A stretch of DNA of 62,835 nt, the filler included, from Deltaproteobacteria bacterium (GTDB lineage Bacteria > JAEEML01): the NCBI GenBank assembly GCA_016283195.1. It is 7 parts of 7 records of this genome, joined end to end, with 100 filler letters (N's around TTAATTAATTAA, not from the genome) between each part and the next. Parts side by side here need not be neighbours in the genome. Positions count along the whole stretch, not along the records: positions 1 to 16,914 come from JAEEML010000033.1; 6 more parts are not named here. One strand, written 5' to 3'. Under the pieces are notes generated by a model. It ran no database searches, was not told where the DNA came from, and worked only from the letters and a program-made list of their open reading frames with translations. The position numbers were made by a program, and so were the translations under genes. Shown here in pieces: positions 1 to 8,825 of the stretch (positions are counted from its first letter, which is position 1; the number at the start of each line of letters is the position of its first letter).

Positions 1-1927
1 CACCGTATTTGCTGATAAGATCTTCCGGGGCCATGCCGTTTTTCTTGGATTTACTCATCTTTTCCATGAGTACTTCCATATCTTTGCCGCATTTGGGGCA
101 TTTGGCTTTGGGCGGCGCGCCATTTGATACCTCCAGGGCGGCCGGCGGGAAATAGCCGTGATCGGGGCACTTAAAGCTATAAGCATTGACCATGCCCTGG
201 GTGATGAGGTGTTTCACCGGCTCATCTATATTTAAAAGGCCAAGATCGCGCATCACTTTGGTAAAGAAGCGGAAATATAATAGGTGCATTACGGCGTGTT
301 CCGGCCCGCCCAGGTAAACATCTATGGGCAGGTAGCGGTCGGCCGCCTCTTTGGCAAAGGGTTTTTCTTTATTTTTGGCATCGATGAAGCGGGCAAAATA
401 CCAGGCCGAATCGACAAAAGTATCCATCGTCTCGGTTTCTCGCCGCGCCGCGCCGCCGCACTTAGGACAGGTGCAATTGACAAAGCTTTCCAGTTTGGCA
501 AGAGGCGCGCCGCCGCTCTCCTTCATCTTGTAAATATCGGCAAAATCGGGGAGCAGCACCGGCAGATCCTTTTCCGGCACCGGCACCTGGCCGCATTTCG
601 GGCAGTTGATAATGGGAATGGGCGTGCCCCAATAGCGCTGGCGGCTAATGCCCCAATCGCGCAGATGATATTGAATGGTGGGGCGGCCAAAGCCCTTTTC
701 TTCGGCAAAGAGGGCCAGTTTTTGCCGCGCCTCAGCCGAAGTGAGGCCGGAAAAGTCGCCGCTATTATGCAAAATGCCGTCTTCGGTATAAGCAGCCGTA
801 AGCTCTGCCGGGAGAGTGCTGCCATCGGCCGGAGCAATCACCTGGTGGATGGGGATATTATATTGTCTCGCAAAATCAAAATCGCGCTGATCGTGAGCCG
901 GCACGGCCATCACCGCGCCGGTACCGTATTCGGCCAGCACAAAATTGGCAAGATAAATGGGCACTTTGGCGCCGGTATAGGGATTTATGGCATAAGCGCC
1001 GGTAAAGACGCCCTCTTTTTTGCCCCCTTCGGCGGTGCGCTCGATTTTGTCGGTCTTGCGCATTTTTTCAATAAAAGCCGTAACTTCGGCTTTTCTATCG
1101 GCGCTGGTAATTTCGAGAGCTAGGGCGTGTTCCGGAGCCAGTGAGAGGAAAGAGCAGCCAAAGATGGTATCCACACGGGTGGTAAAGATCTCGATTTTGC
1201 GCCCCTCTCTATCGCCATCTATAGCAAAAAAGACTCTGGCGCCCTGGCTCTTGCCAATCCAGTTGCGCTGCATGGTGACAATGCGCTCCGGCCAGCCGGA
1301 AAGTTTATCGAGATCGCTTAAAAGCTCCTCGGCATAAGCGGTGATTTTAAAGGCCCACTCATCAATAGTGGTGGTGGTGACATCGCTATGGCCGCGCCAG
1401 CACTTGCCGTTTACCACCTGCTCATTGGCCAAAACGGTATTGCAGCTATGGCACCAGTTGACAGTGCTTTTTTTCTTATAAACCAAGCCCTTTTCCAGCA
1501 TTTTGAGGAAGAACCACTGATTCCAGCGGTAATATTCCGGGTCGGAAGTGGTGATTTCCCGCTCCCAATCAAAAGAAAAGCCGCCATGCTCCATTTGCTC
1601 TTTAACCGCCGCTATATTTTTGGGAGTTCTTATTTGCGGCGGAATACCATCTTCGATAGCGGCATTTTCGGCCGGCAGACCAAAGGAATCCCAGCCCATG
1701 GGGTGCAGAACATCATAGCCCTGGAGGCGTTTAAAACGGGCTAAAACATCGCCGATACTGTAAACGCGCATGTGACCCATGTGCAATTTGCCAGAAGGGT
1801 AGGGGAACATCTCCAAAATATAAAAGGGGTCGCCCTTACCGTTTAAGGCGTAGGAATTTTCCTCACGCCACCGTTTTTGCCACTTGGCTTCAATTTGCTG
1901 CGGCATATACCGTTCTTCCAAAGTCAT
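1..1927 (-). CDS. leuS: Leucyl-tRNA synthetase, 3' end runs off the window
   Basis: Translated by hand: starts MTLEERYMPQQIEAKWQKRW after an AAGGAG RBS, with the GKLHMGH class I motif and MEKMSKSK near position 45-70. Absent from the ORF track because there is no stop in the window. Confidence 0.96.
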   Translation of the reverse strand, partial: MTLEERYMPQQIEAKWQKRWREENSYALNGKGDPFYILEMFPYPSGKLHMGHMRVYSIGDVLARFKRLQGYDVLHPMGWDSFGLPAENAAIEDGIPPQIRTPKNIAAVKEQMEHGGFSFDWEREITTSDPEYYRWNQWFFLKMLEKGLVYKKKSTVNWCHSCNTVLANEQVVNGKCWRGHSDVTTTTIDEWAFKITAYAEELLSDLDKLSGWPERIVTMQRNWIGKSQGARVFFAIDGDREGRKIEIFTTRVDTIFGCSFLSLAPEHALALEITSADRKAEVTAFIEKMRKTDKIERTAEGGKKEGVFTGAYAINPYTGAKVPIYLANFVLAEYGTGAVMAVPAHDQRDFDFARQYNIPIHQVIAPADGSTLPAELTAAYTEDGILHNSGDFSGLTSAEARQKLALFAEEKGFGRPTIQYHLRDWGISRQRYWGTPIPIINCPKCGQVPVPEKDLPVLLPDFADIYKMKESGGAPLAKLESFVNCTCPKCGGAARRETETMDTFVDSAWYFARFIDAKNKEKPFAKEAADRYLPIDVYLGGPEHAVMHLLYFRFFTKVMRDLGLLNIDEPVKHLITQGMVNAYSFKCPDHGYFPPAALEVSNGAPPKAKCPKCGKDMEVLMEKMSKSKKNGMAPEDLISKYG

Positions 1928-1981
1928 AACATTCTCCTTTACCTGTTTGGTAATAAATAAAAAGTAAGCTGCTATATATTC

Positions 1982-2668
1982 CTAGCTGCGTTTGGGCATT
2001 TTGCTAAAAAATTTGGGGAGCAGAATAAGGCTTTTGCCTTCAATGGCAATGAGATTTTGGCGCTGAAAATTGCCGAGAGCGCGGGAGACGGTTTCCCGGC
2101 TGGCGCCAATCATGGAGGCCAGTTCCTGATGAGTGGGGCGTTCTGGGATTAAGACACCGTTTTCCACTTCTTCTCCGTCGTGTTCGGCAATTTCGCTCAG
2201 CTGATTGCAAAGGCGGTTATAGACATCCAGAAGAGCCAGATTGCCTATGACATCATCGGCTTTTCTAAGGCGCAGTGACATTTCGGTTAAAATATTGATA
2301 GCTGTTTGCGGAAAGCTGGTGATGTGGCTCACAAAGTCACGGCGCTTTAAAATTACCAGCGTGGAATTTTCGAGAGCAATAACAGTGGCGCTGCGCGGCT
2401 GGCCGTCAAGCAGTGACATTTCGCCGAAAAAATCACCCTCGCGAAAAGAGGAGAGGACAATCTCCCGCCCGTTTTCGCCGGCTAAAACCGCTTTTAATTT
2501 ACCGGCGGAGACAAAGAAAATGGCATCCCCAGGGTCGTCTTTATATACTACGATGCTACCGGCCGAGTATTCTTGAGTTTTTGTGCGTCTGGCGAGGTCT
2601 TCCAGCACTTCATCCGAGAGTGTTTCAAAAATACTGACATTACGCAAAAGCTCAATTACCTTAAGCAT
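1982..2668 (-). CDS. Crp/Fnr family transcriptional regulator
   Basis: cNMP-binding motif GDFFGEMSLLDGQPRSATV and HTH THQELASMIGASRETVSR. The ATG at 2668 follows AAAGGTGA. Confidence 0.93.
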   Translation of the reverse strand: MLKVIELLRNVSIFETLSDEVLEDLARRTKTQEYSAGSIVVYKDDPGDAIFFVSAGKLKAVLAGENGREIVLSSFREGDFFGEMSLLDGQPRSATVIALENSTLVILKRRDFVSHITSFPQTAINILTEMSLRLRKADDVIGNLALLDVYNRLCNQLSEIAEHDGEEVENGVLIPERPTHQELASMIGASRETVSRALGNFQRQNLIAIEGKSLILLPKFFSKMPKRS

Positions 2669-2818
2669 GGCCTGGGTCACCTTTCTTCTAAAACGTGTTC
2701 TAAGCACGCAGCTTTGGTATAATAGAATAAAATTTGCCGATTGTCAGCTACAATTAGGTGAAGTAATGTACTGGTTGCCGGTTCTTTGTTTTTTGCTAAC
2801 CGGTAGGAGCTTAAATCT

Positions 2819-5284
2819 ATGAAAGAAAGCAATGCCTTGCCCCGCCAGGAACTCTTATTGCCGGTGAGTGCCCTGCGTTTAAAATGCGATCCGGCTCTTT
2901 TGCCTTTTGAAACCACCGCCGAGCTTTCGCCAGATGCCGGCACGCCAGACCTCTTTCACCAGGATAGAGCACTAAAGGCTATTGAATTTGGCCTGGAAAT
3001 TCCCACCAGAGGCTATAATGTGGTGGTAATTGGCGATACCGGTAGCGGCAAGACCTCAATTTTAAAGAATATTATCACCAAGAAAGCTCAAAAAGAGGCA
3101 GTGCCGGAAGATATTTGCTATGTCTATAATTTTGACAACCATGATGAACCGGTGGCCCTTATGCTTCCTTGCGGTTTTGGCAATAAACTGGCTAAAGCCA
3201 TGGATGAGCTGGTGGCCGATTTGAGCCAGGGTATTCAGCGCGCCATTTTCGCCGATAAATCACATGATGTGCGGGCTAAAATAAATATTGATATGCACAA
3301 AAAGGAAGACCGCCTTTTTAAGCGCCTCTCGCAGCAAGCGCGCAAATATCGCCTTAGTGTGCGCCGCGAAGAAGACCGCCTTATGGTGGTGCCGCTTTTA
3401 AATAATGAGCCTATGGATAGCGAGGCCTATTCGCAGCTTCCCGATGATACGCGGGCTGATATTGAGCGCGGAGCGGCGGCGCTCCATGAGAGTTTTGCCG
3501 ATTTTGAACGCGAACGTTTAAGAATTGCCAAAAAAGCCTTTAAAAAACGCCAGGAGCAGGAAAGGCGCCTCATAAAGCCCATTGTTAAGCAGCTCATAGA
3601 TGCTTTAAAAGATAATTTTAAAGAGATTGCCAGCGAGCAGCTCACTCACTATTTTGATCAGGTTTCGGCCAATATTATAGATGATTATCGGAGCTTTTTA
3701 CCGGAAGAAGAGTACGAGCCGGGCTCGGCCGATGAAAATAGCAATCCGCTGGAAGAAGAAGATAGCGAGGTTGATAAATTTTTGGCTTATAAAGTCAATG
3801 TGCTGGTAGATCGCCACCGCCAGCAGGGGGCGCCGGTTATTTTTGAATCCAACCCCACCAGCAGCAATTTGATGGGCTATTTGGAATATAAAGAAATTCG
3901 CGGGGCTTTAAAAGCCGAGCACACCTCTATTCGCGCCGGAGCGCTGCATAAGGCCAACGGCGGCTATCTTATTATTCAGATTCAGGATATTGCCACTCAC
4001 CCCACCGCCTGGGATAATTTAAAAAAGGCTCTGCGTCTAAAAGTAGCGCAAATTGATGATAATTCCGAAGATGGCCACCCCAAAATTGTGGGCACTATTC
4101 ATCCGTCACCCATCCCCTTGCAAACCAAAGTAATTTTAATCGGTACGCCGGAGACTTATTACCTCTTAAGGTCGCAGGATGAGGAATTTTCCCGCCTTTT
4201 TAAGGTGAAAGCCGATTTTTCCTACTCGGTGCCGCGCAATAAAAAGAATTTGCTCCTGCTCTCTAAATTTATGGCCAAAGTGTGCAAAGAGGAGGGGTAT
4301 TTGCCCTTTAATAAAGAGGCGGTGGCCCTGATTGTCGAGGAAGCCAGCCGTGAAGTTGAAGAGCAAAAAGAAATTACTACGCGCCTGAGCTCCATTTTAG
4401 ACCTCATGGCCGAGGGCAATTACTGGGCTATCAAGGCCAGGCACACTGTCATTACGCTTGATGATATCAAAAAAGCCCTGGCTGAGCGCCGGCAACGTCA
4501 TTCGCAGGAAGAAGACATAACGCTAAAATCCCTGAAAAACGGAGCTATTTTACTGGAGACCAAAGGAGCAGTGGTGGGCCAGATCAACGGCCTGGCCGTT
4601 TATGATTTGGGTGATTACGCTTTTGGCATTCCGAGCCGCATCACCGCCCAGGTTTTTGTGGGCGAGGATGGTATTATCAATATCGACCGCGAAGTTAAAC
4701 TCTCCGGCGCGGTGCATGATAAAGGCTCGATGATTATTGCCGGTTATCTTGGTGGCAAATATGCTAAAGATCAGCCACTTACCTTCTCGGCCAGTGTTAC
4801 TTTTGAGCAGATGTACAGCGGAGTAGAGGGTGACAGCGCTTCGGCTACCGAGCTCTTTGCTTTGCTCTCCGCTCTCTCCGGGGTGCCCATTAATCAATCT
4901 ATTGCTGTTACCGGCTCGGTAAATCAATTGGGTGTGATTCAGCCTGTAGGCGGCCTCAATGAAAAAATCGAGGGTATGTTTAAAATTTGCCAGATGAAGG
5001 GTTTAACCGGCAAACAAGGGGCTATTATCCCGCGCCGCAATGTGCAAAACCTCATGCTGGAGAGTAAGGTTCTGGAGGCAGTGGAGAAGGGCACATTCCA
5101 CATCTGGGCCGTTGATACCGTCGATGAGGCTATGGAGATTTTGACCGGCTGTCCGGCGGGCAAAGCGGCGGCTGACGGCACTTACCCGGAAGGCACAATC
5201 AACTTTTTAGTCCAAAAACATTTGGCGGAGCTGGCCAGCAAAATGGAAGAAAAGAAGGAAGAAAAAGAGAACGCCTCCGCCTGA
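2819..5284 (+). CDS. Lon-like protease (LonC/YcbZ type, AAA_32 + Lon_C)
   Basis: Walker A GDTGSGKT, GALHKANGGYL, coiled-coil insert, GQINGL, catalytic Ser in EGDSAS and Lys in GGLNEKIEG. Confidence 0.92.
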   Translation: MKESNALPRQELLLPVSALRLKCDPALLPFETTAELSPDAGTPDLFHQDRALKAIEFGLEIPTRGYNVVVIGDTGSGKTSILKNIITKKAQKEAVPEDICYVYNFDNHDEPVALMLPCGFGNKLAKAMDELVADLSQGIQRAIFADKSHDVRAKINIDMHKKEDRLFKRLSQQARKYRLSVRREEDRLMVVPLLNNEPMDSEAYSQLPDDTRADIERGAAALHESFADFERERLRIAKKAFKKRQEQERRLIKPIVKQLIDALKDNFKEIASEQLTHYFDQVSANIIDDYRSFLPEEEYEPGSADENSNPLEEEDSEVDKFLAYKVNVLVDRHRQQGAPVIFESNPTSSNLMGYLEYKEIRGALKAEHTSIRAGALHKANGGYLIIQIQDIATHPTAWDNLKKALRLKVAQIDDNSEDGHPKIVGTIHPSPIPLQTKVILIGTPETYYLLRSQDEEFSRLFKVKADFSYSVPRNKKNLLLLSKFMAKVCKEEGYLPFNKEAVALIVEEASREVEEQKEITTRLSSILDLMAEGNYWAIKARHTVITLDDIKKALAERRQRHSQEEDITLKSLKNGAILLETKGAVVGQINGLAVYDLGDYAFGIPSRITAQVFVGEDGIINIDREVKLSGAVHDKGSMIIAGYLGGKYAKDQPLTFSASVTFEQMYSGVEGDSASATELFALLSALSGVPINQSIAVTGSVNQLGVIQPVGGLNEKIEGMFKICQMKGLTGKQGAIIPRRNVQNLMLESKVLEAVEKGTFHIWAVDTVDEAMEILTGCPAGKAAADGTYPEGTINFLVQKHLAELASKMEEKKEEKENASA

Positions 5285-5419
5285 AATAGGCAATAATTTT
5301 AAGAAGCCTAAAAATGCGAAAGCACGGTGTGCTATTTTTACCCTCTCTTGTTCTAGCCCATATATTATGCTAAAATACGCCAATTCTTAGCGCTCCCTGG
5401 CGCATATTGAAAGGCAAAA

Positions 5420-6970
5420 ATGGCGCAAAAATACCCTATCGGCATTCAAACATTTACCACCATTCGTTTGGAAGGTTATGATTACGCCGACAAAACAGAT
5501 CTTATTTATGAGCTGGCCCATGGAGCCAAATTTAACTTTCTTTCCCGCCCGCGCCGCTTTGGCAAGAGCCTTTTGGTCTCTACTTTGGAAGCCTATTTTC
5601 GAGGAAAAAAAGAGCTTTTTAAAGGGCTTTTCATGGAAAAACTGGAAAAGGAGTGGCTTTCTTATCCGGTTTTGCACCTCGACCTTTCCGGCGCTGCCTA
5701 TATCAGGCCGGAAGCGTTGGAAAATCTGCTCCATGTGAGCCTTTGTGAGTGGGAAAAGATTTATGGCCCAAATAGCGCGGAAAAGACTCTGGAGAGCCGC
5801 TTTAAGGGGCTTATCAAGAGGGCTAACGAAAAGACCGGCCAAAAAGTGGTTATTTTAATTGATGAATATGGAAAGCCCATTTTGGATACTATCGGCAATG
5901 AGAGTTTACAGAATGTTTATCGCGCTATGCTGCACGGCTTTTACGGCTGTTTAAAATCCTCAGAAGGCCTCATTAAATTTGCCCTTTTAACCGGCGTTAC
6001 CAAAATTGGAAAACTCAGTGTTTTCAGCGCCTTAAATAATCTCTTTGATATTACTTTCGATGCCCGCTACAGTACTATTTGCGGTATTTGCGAAGAAGAA
6101 ATTCGCCCGCTTTTTGCCGAGGGGCTAAAGGAGATGGCCGAGGCTAATAATACTACGGTGGACGATATTTGCGCTAAGCTGAAAGAGCGCTACGACGGCT
6201 ACCATTTTAAGAATGGCAGCGCCGATGTCTATAACCCCTTTAGCCTCTTAACTGCTCTATATAGAAAAGAAATTTCCGATTATTGGTTTGCGACAGGCAC
6301 CCCCACATACCTGGTTGAGCTCTTTAGAGCCAACCATTACCAAATAGGCCAAATAGATGCCAAATTCTATAGCGAAGCAGAATTAAGCGAGATTAATTCT
6401 TTTGATAGTGATGTAATTCCGCTACTTTACCAGAGTGGCTACCTCACTTTAAAAGAATATGACGGGCGCTTTAATAATTACAAACTGGGCTTTCCCAATA
6501 AAGAGGTGGAGCATGGCCTTTTAAACTTTTTTGTGCCCTTTTATTCGCGGGCCAGAGGGGCTTCAGAGTTTGATGTACCTAATTTTATTGAAGATATTCG
6601 CCGGGGTGATGCCACCACTTTTATGGAGCGCATAGCCGCGCTTATGGCCGATACGCCTTATGGAATAGAAAGCGACCTGGAAGTGCATGTGCCAAATTTT
6701 TGCTATCTCCTCTTTAAACTCTTGGGCTACTATGTGGAGGCCGAATACCGCACCAATGTCGGCCGCATAGATTTGATATTTAAAACAAAGGGTTACATAT
6801 ATATCATGGAATTTAAAAACGGCCGCTCGGCCAAAGAAGCTTTAAAGCAGATAAAAGCGCGCGGCTACGATGCCCCCTTTAAGAGCGACCCGCGCAAAAA
6901 GTTCCTAATAGGCGCCAATTTCAGCCTAAAGGCGCGGGGCCTGGGCAAGTTTATTATCGAGGAAGGCTAA
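5420..6970 (+). CDS. AAA-ATPase-like protein with C-terminal PD-(D/E)XK nuclease domain
   Basis: YPIGIQTF, LSRPRRFGKSL, VVILIDEY, YDGYHF, YNPFS and C-terminal GRIDL...YIMEFK. Confidence 0.92.
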   Translation: MAQKYPIGIQTFTTIRLEGYDYADKTDLIYELAHGAKFNFLSRPRRFGKSLLVSTLEAYFRGKKELFKGLFMEKLEKEWLSYPVLHLDLSGAAYIRPEALENLLHVSLCEWEKIYGPNSAEKTLESRFKGLIKRANEKTGQKVVILIDEYGKPILDTIGNESLQNVYRAMLHGFYGCLKSSEGLIKFALLTGVTKIGKLSVFSALNNLFDITFDARYSTICGICEEEIRPLFAEGLKEMAEANNTTVDDICAKLKERYDGYHFKNGSADVYNPFSLLTALYRKEISDYWFATGTPTYLVELFRANHYQIGQIDAKFYSEAELSEINSFDSDVIPLLYQSGYLTLKEYDGRFNNYKLGFPNKEVEHGLLNFFVPFYSRARGASEFDVPNFIEDIRRGDATTFMERIAALMADTPYGIESDLEVHVPNFCYLLFKLLGYYVEAEYRTNVGRIDLIFKTKGYIYIMEFKNGRSAKEALKQIKARGYDAPFKSDPRKKFLIGANFSLKARGLGKFIIEEG

Positions 6971-7050
6971 ATTTTTTGGAGCATAATCAGAAAAAGCCAT
7001 TAAGCCGCTACCCAGATGGGCGCCGGTTAGCAGCTGAGGAAACCTTGGCC

Positions 7051-7665
7051 CTAGTCCTTAACGCAGCGCACGGAGTAAGCGTTATCTTTACCTTTGGTCT
7101 GTAGTCCCGCGTAGCCATCGCCTAAGCACAGGCAATAAGAGTTGACTTTATCATGTTCCATAGTTGACCAAAAATAGGCGAGTAAACCCAAATAGTTGTA
7201 TTTGCCATAATAGGCGCCGGCGGGCAGGGCGCCAAAGGCAGTGCTGTTAGTGGCCTTAGCGGCATGATTACCTAATCCCGAATTTTTAGCCGTTAAGGCA
7301 AAATAAGCCGGATTCGGCCGGTCATAATCATCACCTGCATAACGCAGCAAATTGGTAAAATCTGCCAGTGTTGGCAAATGCCAGCCTTTGGGACATACCT
7401 TTTGAGCATCTTTCCAACTATAAAGACAGCCATATTTTTTCACAAAATCAGGATCTGCTGCGGTATTGGCTTAACAGGTAAGGGGCTTGCCATCATTACC
7501 GGTAGTGGCAGCCATGTTTTTAGCCGTCCAGATTAGGCCGTTTATGTTTACCGCTTCTATATCGCTTTTATTACTTGCCGCCGGTTTGGCGGGGTTTGCG
7601 GAACCGCCGCAGGCAGTAAGAGCTAGGGCAGTAATAAAGAGACCGATTTTCGCAAAGTTGCCCAT
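7051..7665 (-). pseudogene. FISUMP (Fibrobacter succinogenes major paralogous domain) lipoprotein interrupted by an in-frame TAA
   Basis: GGAGG RBS and lipobox ALTA-C. Reads INGLIWTAKNM...LTC*ANTAADPDFVKKYGCLYSW...CPKGWHLP...FWS...SVRCVKD. TAA at 7471-7473 is in frame with both halves. Confidence 0.85.
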
Positions 7666-7795
7666 GATAAACCTCCTGGGTGAGCAGCTGGAGTGAACAA
7701 GCAATTGCTCCTTGCTCATTATGATAAGCCCTGGCCGGCTTTGGTAAATTGTGGATCAACTTTTAGCAAATTGGTTAATAGCTGGGGGGAAAAGG

Positions 7796-7888
7796 TGGCG
7801 GAGAGAGAGGGGTTTGAACCCTCGTTACCGGTTTTGCCAGTAAACTCGCTTAGCAAGCGAGCGCCTTCAGCCGCTCGGCCATCTCTCC
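7796..7888 (-). tRNA. tRNA-Ser(GCT)
   Basis: GGAGAGATGGCCGAGCGG...CTCGCTTGCTAAGCGAG, long variable arm, GGTTCAAACCC...CTCCGCCA. Confidence 0.96.
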
Positions 7889-7910
7889 GCGAGAACAAAG
7901 TGGACGCACA

Positions 7911-7998
7911 TGGCGGAGGAGTAGGGATTCGAACCCCAGGTAGCTTTCACTACAACGGTTTTCAAGACCGCCGCCATCGACCACTCGGCCACTCCTCC
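7911..7998 (-). tRNA. tRNA-Ser(TGA)
   Basis: GGAGGAGTGGCCGAGTGG...GGTCTTGAAAACC, long variable arm, GGTTCGAATCC...CTCCGCCA. Confidence 0.96.
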
Positions 7999-8067
7999 GT
8001 GTGGTCTTGCAGCCTTCTATAGTAAAAGAAATTACTTGTCAAGGAAAATTTTTACTTTTGTGAAAAA

Positions 8068-8736
8068 TCAATCAACCTTGGTGCCGGTGATGAGAGTAGC
8101 TACGCCGATATTATCTTGCGGCGGAGTTAGAGAAACGCGGTTGGGATTCATGGTGGCACCGGTGATGGGGGCGCGCTCAAGGCCACTATTTACTGCTCTT
8201 TCAGCCGGGCGAGTAGCTACTGTAGCCACCGGAGCAGATAGGTGCGAGACAATTGTTTTATAAGTATTAGCCAGCTTCAGCATGCGTTTTTGCTCCGGTG
8301 ACATGCGCCTTATAACCCGCTTGTCTTTTACCAGATTACCGCTGCTGTTGGTGATTATAACCTGTTGCTGGCTGGTTATATAGCGCTCAATCTCTTTGGC
8401 TGCTTCCTGGGCTTTTTGGCTGGCTTCTTTATCTAATTTGGCCTGTTGTTGCAGAAAAACGGCCCAATCTTCCAGCATAGTCATGATGGTTTCATGCTGA
8501 TTTTGATTGATGCGTGCGAGACATTCATAGCTTAAATCACTGTATTTGCTGACATTTACGCCAAAATCACTATAGCTGGCTATGATAGTGGAAATAACGC
8601 TTTTGGTGGCGCTATCCAGAGTAGTATTGGCAGCCAAGCCGGCTTGTGCCTGAGCCAGAGCCTTTTGTTCCGGTGATTGCTTTTGGCTGGAAACAAGCTC
8701 TTCATTTACCCGCATATTAGTATTTAATTCGACCAT
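8068..8736 (-). CDS. Hypothetical Gln/Ala/Ser-rich helical protein
   Basis: 222-aa ORF with GGGGAG RBS and a central coiled-coil-like segment. No recognised domain and no Sec signal. Confidence 0.7.
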   Translation of the reverse strand: MVELNTNMRVNEELVSSQKQSPEQKALAQAQAGLAANTTLDSATKSVISTIIASYSDFGVNVSKYSDLSYECLARINQNQHETIMTMLEDWAVFLQQQAKLDKEASQKAQEAAKEIERYITSQQQVIITNSSGNLVKDKRVIRRMSPEQKRMLKLANTYKTIVSHLSAPVATVATRPAERAVNSGLERAPITGATMNPNRVSLTPPQDNIGVATLITGTKVD

Positions 8737-8770
8737 GATGTTCTCCCCTGCTAGAGAAAAGGTACGGCGC

Positions 8771-8801
8771 TATTATCGCGTAAAACGGTTAAAAGTTGCT
8801 A
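8771..8801 (-). promoter_or_regulatory. Putative alternative-sigma promoter TAGCAACTT-N13-GCGATAATA, copy 1
   Basis: Both boxes and the spacer length match 32714-32744. Lies 34 nt upstream of the ATG at 8736. The second box resembles the sigma28 -10 element GCCGATAA. Confidence 0.7.
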
Positions 8802-8825
8802 GAGAAAAATTGGCCTGGTTGCCGG

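Noticed and set aside
284-1744. Plus-strand ORFs 284-1123, 1020-1337 and 1388-1744
   Set aside because: Antisense shadows of leuS. The same applies to most short ORFs opposite long genes.
7471-7473. Stop-codon reassignment suggested by in-frame TAA and TAG in two FISUMP genes
   Set aside because: TAA and TAG end many conserved genes here (mazG, hisS, topA, sbcC). The two stops replace different residues, and no suppressor tRNA is seen.
7693-8022. 109-aa ORF, and the ORFs at 15716-16060
   Set aside because: They overlap tRNA genes and are not coding.
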